Shown: in pieces, positions 55,523 to 64,000 of the stretch | How the letters are laid out: each line of letters opens with the position of its first letter | Position numbering within the stretch: position 1 is the stretch's first letter | Source of the DNA: Octopus vulgaris | Lineage: Eukaryota | Assembly: GCA_951406725.2 (NCBI GenBank) | Contig: OX597827.1 | Span: 58,342,001-58,406,000, forward strand | Length of the DNA stretch: 64,000 bases | Reading direction: 5' to 3' | The notes under the pieces: model-generated | Told to the model about the DNA's origin: nothing | Database searches by the model: none | Seen by the model: the letters and a program-made list of their open reading frames with translations, nothing else | Translations under genes and position numbers: made by a program

Positions 55523-57122
55523 CATGAATGTATGCATGCACGTGTGTGCATGCATGTGTGTGTGTGTGTGTGTGTGTGTGCATGTGTAAAATACACACAT
55601 AAAGTGAGGTGCTGAAAATTCCTCAGAATGAAAGGTAGACTATATGATGCTTGTGTTTCTGAATGCAGAAAACATGTGTAGACTGGAGAGAAATGAAGGT
55701 AGTATGCACTATTGGATGTGCAGCATCAGTGCACATTGTACAACGAAGTGCAAATGTATTGAGAGAAACGTTGGGCATAAGAGGAATCAAATGTAGCATG
55801 CAAGAGAGAAGACTACGTTGATTTGGACATGTGATGCATATGAATGAGGACAGCTGCATAAAGAAGTGCTGATCACTGAAAGTAGATGGTATCTGTGGAA
55901 GAGGGAGACCCATGAAGACATGGGATGCAGTGGTAAGGACCGATCTCATGATGTTGTGTCTCACGGAGGAAATGACAATGGAAATATCTGGCGATATGAA
56001 GTTCTTGAGAAGACCTGCCCATATCAATGAAACTGAGTTCTAGAAGCACTGTGTGTCTCACCCACACTTAACAAGAAAACTTCTCACACACCCTACCACA
56101 ACAAACCAAACTACATCTCTACATTAGTTCTCTTCCTCGCATTTTCACTTCATGCACTATGCTTACTTCCCACTCCCCAATCCTGTCCTCTTGACCCTGT
56201 GCCACTGTATCACTGCTCTTTGCTAGCTTCCGACCCGTGTGTCCCACCCAGGCCCTGCCTTACTGTCTCATTGTATATGCCTGGCACTTTGCCACCATCT
56301 CTATCTTGCTGTCTCCCACTCTCTCTCACCTTCTCCTGCACTTCCCTCAGGCTGGGTAATCATGTATTTCTTTTGCGGCCGTGCACCTGTTTCTGTTCTC
56401 ATTCCTGATCTCTCTCTCTCTGGCCATGTAACCTTGTACCTCCTCTACTGTATGACACCTTTTTCTGTCTTGTAAGTACTTGGTGACCCTGTCACTGCAG
56501 GTGCCACTTAAAAGCACCCGGTCCACACTGTAAAGTGACTGGCATTTGGAAGAGCATCTAGCTGTAAAAATCTTGCCAAAATTGACCTCACCTGTGCTTG
56601 TGCCATGTAAAAAGCACTGAGTTCATTCAGTGTTAGGAAGGGTATCCAGCTGTAAAAATCCAGCCAAAAAATCACAGAAGTTTGGTGCAGGCTATTATCA
56701 AACCATTTACTCATGCCAGCATGGAAGGTGAATGTTAAATGATGATGATGATGAAACCTTGGGTACTTGATTATTAACTTAAATTCCAACAAATGCCTTT
56801 CTAGTGTCGAGTAATTCTGGTTTCTTAGTAATGAGTGTATATATGTGTGTGTGTATGCGTGCAAGTGAATGTGTGTGTGTGTAAATGTATATGCATGATG
56901 TAAAAAATAACTTGAAATCTAACCATGCATCAAAGAATTTGTTAATGCAAGAATCTCTTTTCTATACATACCTAGAAATTTCTTAATGGGCTGAACATCG
57001 AATGTACGTACTTCACGCACATCATCGCATTTTGTTTGTAAAAGATGTACAATGTGCTGTCCAAGGAAGCCCGAACCACCTGTCACCACACACACTTGTT
57101 TTGCTCTCCTCTCTGGTGCCAT
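45540..57122 (-). CDS. 3-beta-hydroxysteroid dehydrogenase-like extended SDR (HSD3B/HSD3B7-like), 4 coding exons, 364 aa
   Basis: Exons 57122-56972, 54016-53852, 47497-47282, 46102-45540, all phase-1 GT-AG junctions, 1095 nt in total. NAD-binding VTGGSGFLG, VYHVAG, NVSGTENV, catalytic YPQTK (YxxxK), LRPNVMYGEGD, YAGNVAWA. Confidence 0.93.
46148..46300. repeat. Compound (ATG)n microsatellite
   Basis: Imperfect gatgatgat repeats; explains the spurious poly-Met and poly-Ile ORFs. Confidence 0.9.
46545..46720 (+). mobile_element. R4/Dong-like RLE LINE C-terminal relic
   Basis: Degenerate LKTKTIPVVIGALVMI..IQK..MGTAHILRQILSM, next to an (AAT)n run. Confidence 0.65.
47547..47840. repeat. Compound (CA)n/(CT)n microsatellite
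   Basis: Alternating cacaca and ctctct tracts. Confidence 0.9.
48316..48698 (+). mobile_element. Non-autonomous Helitron-like element
   Basis: 5' TC, subterminal hairpin cccgagcaacgccggg, 3' CTAG, inserted between A and T; close copy at 40020-40395. Confidence 0.75.
48763..48874 (-). ncRNA. Putative rearranged (non-circularly permuted) hammerhead ribozyme, copy 1
   Basis: Sense RNA: CUAGCAAG-c-GGGGCCU...UGCGC..GCCGUC^GAGAG-gu-AGGCCCC-GAAA-CGGC-GCGCA-uu-CUCUC-CUGAUGA-ccccauaca-CUUGCUAG. All three core segments and stems I, II and III can pair. Confidence 0.72.
48895..52170 (-). CDS. Retrotransposon polyprotein: N-terminal zinc finger, reverse transcriptase, CCHC knuckle, restriction-like endonuclease (1091 aa)
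   Basis: CKLC..RGLKIHQGKTC; FRPISLLNVEGK, WLDLANAYGSVPH, GIAAGCTIS, AFMDD; CKCGKVGTLKHILSNC, RYTWRHN; KPDI..VELTVP..K, PIEVGCRGFVG. Confidence 0.95.
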   Translation of the reverse strand: MIIHSNSGRNANNFGCKLCYRTFATERGLKIHQGKTCEKRTEQCGSSDRKTRGKSSPDSNHSGSINATAQNSSREETTSHETGASDNTQRKPRVLWPAANEKVKYKEFENKVCRTLYKMTGSTVEKLGKLSSSIYDVARDLFGIKENIRLEKGKCGPSRRIRKMQQLRKEKSDLRKRWRCAALDEKPGLALLYNDLKRKCRYVQRHIRRYERRKESKRTRGQFLKDPYGFTKKLFTEPKSGTLSCTKEELDAHIKETYSDPHRNQPLPSLHGLNHLSGPDIEFQIGDIREREVNDFVRKARAKSAPGGDGVSYKVYKYCNRLRKKLFVLIRQLWREETIVEDWCKAEGIYLPKEANAKTIKQFRPISLLNVEGKIFMGILSRRTVTYLQSNGYVDESVQKAGIPGIPGCVEHCFSIWKAIQDAKQNKKSLNVVWLDLANAYGSVPHKLLITAMDHFHIPDKVIKIMRMYYESFEMRFTTGSFTTNWHRLEVGIAAGCTISVTWFILVMELILKGVDFSEQIAHVQSPKKAFMDDVTLLATDKQIMQNALLRLDERVRWSRMRFRAKKSRSLTFVKGVQKEFKFRISEESIPTVKEEPVKSLGRVYAGTLSDRSRGIEIMKQAEAGLSAIDVSKLPGKYKIWCLQFGLYPRLAWPLLIYEVALSRVEKIEQKCNVFIRKWLGLPRMLNSSALYRKRGSLQLPIASIVEIYKLGKIRTVMMLRESKDMEIRRNPPEVKTARKWKAEAETDNILSSLTHRDMVGATQNHRKGFGFGADQFRPFASMMPCERRSVVSNSVKTREAERRELHLIRCVHQGQMTRWEEHVVERKISWDEMWKWTTSRLSFLIRSSYDVLPSPTNLVRWNVLENDVCKCGKVGTLKHILSNCSLALNRYTWRHNLVLKVIFNAIKNQIHLNNTEEKSLKVPSREFITFVRPGQQIRFKKKTKKLPEKNEKWNDYWEVTADLPGCQVFFPIPVSKKPDILMWCERKKVLNIVELTVPHEDNMDAARARKLNRYENLLEEYEDAGWKAEHFPIEVGCRGFVGHSVRRLLLSLGLTHRKVNTTMTDIQSTVEKASHWIWLKRDDERWLEVY
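52439..53151 (-). mobile_element. 713-bp copy of the retrotransposon's 3' end, fused head-to-tail to the 5' end of the full-length element
   Basis: Direct repeat of 48702-49414 at offset 3737; 3 substitutions seen by eye; encodes the identical RLE C-terminus and the 3' UTR. Confidence 0.95.
52500..52611 (-). ncRNA. Putative rearranged hammerhead ribozyme, copy 2
   Basis: Identical to copy 1 except one substitution in the linker after CUGAUGA; predicted cut between 52558 and 52557. Confidence 0.72.
53152..53408 (-). mobile_element. CR1/L2-like LINE reverse-transcriptase fragment
   Basis: DVMYLDFSKAFDRVD..LLRKL..WIRYFLTNRTQHVVVDG..VISGVPQSTVLGPLLFI; truncated at the junction with the HERO-like 3' copy. 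Confidence 0.88.
54580..54744. repeat. Near-perfect 165-bp palindrome with a Penelope-type minimal hammerhead motif in each arm
   Basis: Arms about 82 bp with one mismatch; right arm reads ctgt-CTGATGA-acggcaacga-GAAA-ctcagag-TA-acag. Confidence 0.85.
55640..56030 (+). mobile_element. RTE-clade LINE C-terminal relic
   Basis: RLERNE..LRETLGIRGI..MQERRLR*FGHVMHM..GRGRPMKTW with stop codons. Confidence 0.75.
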
Positions 57123-57439
57123 GTTACTGCTGTACCGGAGAGCTGTAGATTTGGTTGGAAGGATAAGAAGTAAGCTTAAAAATAAGAAAAAGCGTTGGTG
57201 AGAGAGAAAGAGAGTAAGAAATAAAAAGGAGAATGAGACACAGAGAGCATGATTGTAAGGAAACCCTGCAATCAGCAACACACACAACAATCTACATCCA
57301 AGCAAAATACTGTATTCTCCCTATTTTGCTCTCTAGTGCTTTCATCAGTCAAGGTTCGACCATGCTTATGTGCAGGTTTTGTTAAACTATTTTGATAAAT
57401 ATAGGAACGTACATATGGATGTAATTATGCTATCTCTTA

Positions 57440-57852
57440 TTTCGTTATTGCCCACAAGGGGCTAAACATAGAGGGGACAAACAAGGACAGGCAAAGGGAT
57501 TAAGTCGATTACATCAACCTCAGTGCGTAACTGGTACTTAATTTATTGAACCCGAGAGGATGAAAGGCAAAGTCAACTTCAGCAGAATTTGAACTCAGGA
57601 CGTAAAGACAGATGAAATACCTAATTCTTTACTACCCACAAGAGGCTACACACAGAGAGGACAAACAAGGACAGACAAATGGATTAAGTCGATTATATCG
57701 ACCCCAGTGCGTAACTGGTACTTATTTAATTGACCCCGAAAGGATGAAAGGCAAAGTTGACCTCAGCAGAATTTGACTCAGGACGTAAAGACAGATGAAA
57801 TACCACTAAGCATTTCGCCCGGCATGCTAACGTTTCTGCCAGCTCACCGCCT
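57440..57852 (-). mobile_element. SINE family A with partial tandem duplication
   Basis: Two consecutive cccacaag..ctggtactt..gaatttgaactcagg units. Confidence 0.8.
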
Positions 57853-59512
57853 TATGCGTATCATATATTATGGTGGTGGTATTTGGCTAAGTGGCATTGG
57901 ACTATCTCTATGCGACTAATTTTTATCCAAGGGAAAGGTTGCCAGATTAGGCCAATGCAGCTTAATACCATGCCATCACAGGGCTGTCAAAATATAAGCA
58001 GCCAAAATAGATACCACAAGGTTCCTGTCTTTGTTTCTAATACACCTTTTGTGCACCCACTGACTAAATCTGAGTACACCAAACAAAATTTCTTCCAATT
58101 TTTTATCTGCATATTGAGCAAGCTATTTCCCAAATGGGAGTAAAAGTACTGTTTTAGCTCCTACAGATTAAAATCATCATCTATCCTCATTTAACGTCTG
58201 CTTTCCTTGCTGGTATGGGTTAGACAATTTGACTGGAACTGGTAAACCACAGAGCTGCACCAAGCTCAAGTTTGATTTGGCATGGATTCTATGGCTGGAT
58301 ACCCTGCCAAACACTAACCACACAAAGAGTGTAATGAGTAGTTTTTATGTGACACAGACACAGGGGCCATTTGCATGACACCAGCAATTGCCATGACTAC
58401 GATTCCAAGGGGGGCATTTACATGACGCTGGCAACAGTCACGACTATGATTTCACTTTGCTTGACAAGTCTTCCCAAGCACAGCATATTGTGCAAGGACT
58501 CAGTCACTTGCCATCGCCTCCATGGGGCTCAACATTCGAAGATCACGCTACCAGCAACAACAATAACAACAATAATAATACATATATCTATATATACACA
58601 CACACACACAAATATACATATATATACACAACTAATGTAGGATAAAACTTTTTTCGAAAAAAAATTTTATCAATGGCCAGCATATCAAAAATTACCTTTA
58701 AAGGTTAAATTTATAAATTTATATCATCATTCATTTAGCGTCCGTTTTCCATGCTAGCATGCATACACACACATATATATATATATATACCAAATAAGTA
58801 AGGGGTTGTGGATCCAACCCTCTAAGGGATAATACTTATCCAATATACTGTTGGTATACTACCCAAATTATTAATACACAAATGTTTTTAATTGCAATGC
58901 AATGAACTCACTTATTGTATTAAATGGGTGAAGGTAAAGAAATATTTTACCGTTAATTTATATTACAAATAAAAATAAGAAAATGGAGAAACACATTAGT
59001 TAGTTTATCAGCTTTAGGATATTAGAATGTTGTCTTATTTAATAAACAATATATACATTTAATAAACACATATATACATATATATGGATATACATACACA
59101 CACACATATATATACATATATAGATACACATGCGCGCATGCACACACACATATATATATAATTAGAAAGTAATGTAATAAAACATTATGGATGATACATA
59201 ACAAATGATTAAGATTACTTATGAATATATCAATGGCCAAACATGTTATCATAAAATACAAAGAAGAAAAACGTTTATAAATCACAATTATAACTAAGAG
59301 GGTTAAAAAATCCTTACATGTTAAAAATAGCAGCCAAAACTGCTATAAAGACATTATATCACTCATATTATTTCTCCTCATGATAAAAACTGTCTTCGGG
59401 CCTCATGACAAATAGAATCCACAACTTAAAGATAACTGGTTAATTCCGTATTGCAATGATGGATCGTTAGCTACTACACACTTTTTTTTCTCTTGTTGTT
59501 TTTTTCTGTGTA

Positions 59513-59550
59513 TCTTTCTGTTGAAGAGCGTAGGCTCGAAATGTAAAAGA
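59513..59550 (+). ncRNA. Penelope-type minimal hammerhead-like motif
   Basis: tcttt-CTGTTGA-agagcgtaggctc-GAAA-tGTA-aaaga; variant core. Confidence 0.45.
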
Positions 59551-59706
59551 CTTTTTCTATTCCTGAGCGCTATACTAATATATTTGTTTGTTTGTACTCC
59601 ACCTGCCTTTGTCTTTTGTTTATTTTCGTAAACTTTCCCCTTATATACACACATACATACATACATATATACAGAATTTAGAGACAAACCGCTATTTAGT
59701 TATTTC

Positions 59707-59828
59707 ATCAATAGTGAAAAGATATTATCTATAATAACCACATATGTTATGAGATTTTTAGAATAAAAATTATAAGATTTAATTAATTTCTGCGTGGTTA
59801 TTATAGATAATATCTTTTCACTATTGAT

Positions 59829-59829
<1 letters not shown>
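59707..59829. repeat. Small foldback element with about 36-bp inverted arms
   Basis: catcaatagtgaaaagatattatctataataaccac / gtggttattatagataatatcttttcactattgatg. Confidence 0.75.
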
Positions 59830-59869
<40 letters not shown>

Positions 59870-60533
59870 ATATTGTGAATCTTGATTTAGTGTGCGAAAT
59901 TGAAAATTTTTTTCCTTGTTAGCTTGGAATTATTACATTCCCTAACTATTAATAATATATATATATATATATATATAAATATTTATATTATCTACATTTT
60001 TATTTGATTGAATGCCACTCATCCATTTCCAAGTATATATATATAGTGAAACTATTAAAAGTGAAACAATATAAAAGCGAAACTATTTTTACACATTAAA
60101 ATAGAGATGTCATTTCACTTTTGACATGTAATACCAGAACAGTCTAAGAGATTGCACTGGGCTCACAATAGGCAAGAAGTTGTGTCTAGTATTGAGTCAG
60201 GCAAAGGAGCCGAGCAGACACAGACATGATGAAGTAAGGCAGTTAAGGTACAATATTGAGGTACGTGTGTGTAACTGGGTGCAGGCATGAAGACATATGT
60301 GTATGAACGTTGAGCAGTGCAAGTTACAAAATAAGTAAACCAAAGGAGTACAGACTTGGCTGGCAGGAGCACCCGGATTCTGAGAAGCTAAAAATTTAGA
60401 AGCGAAATACAAAAACAGGTGCATGCAAATGGCAGTTCTAGTCTCTATATACACAAGTATGAGTGACATGCGGATTCAATGCAGGCTTTGAACATAAAGT
60501 ATGTGTCTGCTGATGAAGTTGCGTGTGCGAGCC

Positions 60534-61087
60534 GCGAAATTTTTTCCCCACGAAAGTTTCAGTCCCCAGCAATGAACTTATTTGCATACAGCCAATCAGA
60601 GCTCATATTGACTTGGTTGTCAAGTTCACAAACACTCTCTACCAAGTAAACTAAAGATGAAGGACGGTGTTGTAAGTCGACCGATTGCCAATTTATGCCT
60701 GATTTTAGAAGGTGACAAGTAATTAGATAGATCTGCTCTATACCTATTATTGGATTTTGTTGGGGCCCCATATGGCAAAGATGTGGAAGGGAAAAATGTG
60801 GGTAGAGGGTGATGTGCTAGCACAACCCTCTCTCCCCTTACTGTTTTACAAAGTAAACAACAACACAAATAACTATACAGAGGCAGCCATGGTTGAAACA
60901 AAAACAAGAACAACAAGCATTATTAAAAGAGGAAAGAAGCATGGTCATTCCTTACCCAAGGGACCTTATCTTATTGCTCATCACTTGTTATGTGCTCATA
61001 AATAAGTTTGATAGTTGAGCTCTGATTGGCTGTATGCGAAGGAGTTTTTAACTGGGGTCCAGAACTCTGGTGGGAAAAAAATTTCGC
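60534..61087. mobile_element. MITE-like element with about 70-bp imperfect terminal inverted repeats
   Basis: gcgaaatttttttccc..gcatacagccaatcagagctca / tgagctctgattggctgtatgc..gggaaaaaaatttcgc. Confidence 0.65.
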
Positions 61088-61748
61088 GTGCTGGCCTCCA
61101 TATTATTGGGTGGATGGCTGTAGAAATGTTGTGTTTGAGGGCATCCATGCTATCAGCTGGTTCTCTGGTGTACTGGTTAGAGTTCTAGAATGAGTCGCAC
61201 ACATACGCGTGTGTGTGTTTGTGTGTACATGTATGTATGTAGGTATATTTATGTCTGTATGTATGCATGCAAGCACCTGATTTTTCTTTTCTTTTTTTGC
61301 GTGCATGTTTTTCTTTTTTTAATGAATGACTTCCTAGGTTGGCTGTCATTCCGTCCGTTATGACGACGAGTAACAGAACAGCCTGCTCGTATAATTAACG
61401 TAATTCCCTGGGAGAGTCAGCTTGACACCGACTGTAACGAGGTTGGCTCTTCGATACACAGGTACAACCCAATTTTGCCAGCTGACTGGATTGGAACAAC
61501 ATGAAATAAAGTGTCTTGCTCAAGGACACGACTGGAAATCGAACTTCCAAGGTATTCAGATAGTAATTAAGTGATGCGAGAAATGGGTAATTATGAAAGT
61601 TAAACCCGCAAAATAATATTTTTTTAAAGCGGGGAAAAAAATCTACGTTACACATTCTATGCCACACCTAAATTCATTAACCGTGAAATGAGGGTGGAAC
61701 AACTCCACCCACCGATAAAAGAGAGAAGGTAAAGGAGAAAGAGAGAAA

Positions 61749-61884
<136 letters not shown>

Positions 61885-62590
61885 CATAAACACATGTATA
61901 TTATATACACTCTTTGCCCAGATAAAAAAGCGCGGGTTTTCCTTACGAATTTCGTCGCCATCCAACGATTGCCTGCCTCCAATACCACGTGATTGTTATC
62001 ATTTCCAATCAAATCAATCACTTGCTCACATGTCTTCTAAGAGTTTTTCGGGCTGTCTCACTGTTTATATTTCTTAATTTTTGTACTCTCGAACCGACTC
62101 TAATAAACAAATTCTAAATAGCTATAGTCAACATTTTTTTTTTACAACGATTCTGTTTTGTTGTTTTCATAAAGTTATGGTAAGTTATACCTCGTGATCT
62201 TTTTTTTCCTTTTTGCCTTTACAAGTATTTCTATTTCCGTACTTGATAATTTCAACACTTCGTCTTATATATTATATACGCTTGTATTAGTAGGGGCGTG
62301 TCTCATTTATCCTCTAACCCAAGACACGGTTGCAATTTTTTTACGCATTAATCTTCTTTAAGACTTAAACAACAAATAAAACATTAAAACAGATAAATAA
62401 CTGAAATAGGATCTTACATGTATGGTAGTAGTTTCTCTCATCAAAATTTTAAATAAACTTTAGAAGGTTCCGCCCGAAGTCTAAGACCTCCCCTCGTCTC
62501 ACGTCATGAATGATAAATATTCTTATCCGCTTCTTCGTTCGCCCGTTATACTTTAGTTAGTTGGAGAGATGTAGCAAAAGTGTATGTGTG

Positions 62591-62624
<34 letters not shown>

Positions 62625-63087
62625 GGAAGGACAGTGAGTAGAGAGGGGAGGAGTGAGTTGAGAAAAAAAAGAAGTGAGGAAGAAGTAGAGAAAGATGTGT
62701 ACGGTCAAATGCGTCAAGTGGTTATTTGACGGGAGAGGCGAAGAGCGAGAGGAAAAGAGACAAGAGGGAGAAAGAAAAGAAGGAGAGAGAAGTGTTAACG
62801 ACATGATGTAAGGCGGGGAAAGAAAAGTAGAGAGAAAAAAGATATTCTTAGGATGCAATATTTAGCAGAGGATGATGTTCTGGTGGTGATGTTAAATAAA
62901 GGTAGATTGAAAGAGATGGACAGGGGAGGCAGTTACATTAAGAGAGAGAGGGGGGGGAGAGGGAATGTGAGAATGAGTGAGAGAGCAGATAGCCAACCGA
63001 TGCATTATGCTGTCACTCATGTGGTTCGTGGAAGTGGGAGGTAAAAAGAAAGAGAGAAATGTTAAAGGCATGAAGAAGGGAATTACA

Positions 63088-63492
63088 TACTCTTTTACTT
63101 GTTTCAGTCATTTGACTGCGGCCATGCCGGAGCACCGCCTGGTAGTCGACCAAATCGACCCCGAGACTTATTCTTTGTAAGCCTAGTACTTATTCCATCG
63201 GACTGTTTTGCCGAACCGCTAAGTTACGGGGATGTAATCACACCAGTATCGGTTGTAAAGTGATGTTGGGGGGGGGGACAAACACAGACACACAAACACA
63301 CACATATATATACATATACATATATACGACGGGCTTCTTTCAGTTTCCGTCTACCAAATCCATCCAGAAGGCTTTGGTGGGCCCGAGGCCTATAGTAGAA
63401 GACACTTTGCCCAGGGTGCCACTCAGTGGGACTGAACCCGGAGCTATGTGGTTGGTAAGCAAGCTACTTACCACACAGCCACTCTTGCGCCC
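63088..63492 (-). mobile_element. tRNA-derived SINE family B
   Basis: gagtggctgtgtggtaagtagcttgc..ccgggttcagtcccact..gggcaaagtgtc head, microsatellite middle, ..cagtcaaatgactgaaacaagtaaaagagta tail. Other copies or fragments: 1-820, 10760-11110, 16489-16810, 40680-41142, 44870-45420. Confidence 0.8.
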
Positions 63493-63709
63493 ATGGTTAA
63501 AAAGTTTGTTGAAGAGAAGAGAGAAAGAAATATAAAGTGCTTAGCAGAAGGAAATTTTAAAACTATAATATACTATTGTGACTGGAAAAAGATAAGAATG
63601 CAAATCATCCTTTCTTTTTTAAACAGCTTCTCTTAATCTTTTTCATTCTGTGGTATTTCCACGGGTCCCACTAGTATCTATAAGTATGTATATAGTTTGT
63701 TTGCATATA

Positions 63710-64000
63710 TAGGCGCAGGAACCATATGGTTCCGGGTTCAGTCCCACTTTGTGACACCTTGGGCAAGTGTCAGTGTCTTTGACTATAGCCTCGAGCCGAC
63801 CAAAGCCTTCTGAGCGGATTTGGTAGACGGAAACTGAAAGAAGCCCGTCGTGTATATGTATATATGTGTGTGTGTGTTTATGTGTTTGTGTTTATCCCCC
63901 AACATCGCTTGACAACCGATGTTAGTGTGTTTACGTCACCGTAAAGAGACCGAAGAATAAGTCCTGGGGTCGATTTGAGTATAAGAGTAAAAGAGTATAT
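63710..64000 (+). mobile_element. SINE family B, inverted relative to 63088-63492
   Basis: ggttccgggttcagtcccac..ccttgggcaagtgtc..ggaaactgaaagaagcccgtcg. Confidence 0.8.

Noticed and set aside
60505-60540. CTGATGA..GAAA motif as another hammerhead
   Set aside because: No convincing stem I or stem III and no cleavage triplet in register.
62418-62860. Possible promoter or 5' UTR exon of the 3-beta-HSD gene (minus-strand GTAAGA donor at 62417, CpG and GA-rich tract)
   Set aside because: Plausible, but it cannot be supported without transcript data.

Overview
AT-rich, microsatellite- and SINE-dense eukaryotic DNA; the SINE families suggest an octopus or other cephalopod (inference). It holds two spliced host genes. 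One is a KDM3/JMJD1-family histone demethylase on + (19 phase-compatible coding exons, 15686..35490, about 1798 aa, 5' end not fixed). The other is a 4-exon 3-beta-HSD-like SDR on - (57122..45540, 364 aa). The most interesting object lies in intron 2 of the 3-beta-HSD gene, in the same sense: an intact HERO-like RLE non-LTR retrotransposon (1091-aa ZnF-RT-CCHC-RLE ORF). A 713-bp copy of its own 3' end precedes it, so the ORF sits between two direct repeats 3737 bp apart. Each repeat carries a hammerhead-ribozyme core whose segments are in a rearranged, non-circularly permuted order. Cleavage at both would release an exactly unit-length 3737-nt RNA, suggesting a retrozyme-like or circular-RNA route for a LINE (inference). 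The element's 5' UTR has five hairpins with different stems and a shared GAAAGA/GAACGA loop. Also present: Penelope-type minimal hammerheads, Helitron- and Helentron-like elements, MITEs, LINE relics and a local templated inversion. All calls were made by eye; no folding or database search was run.
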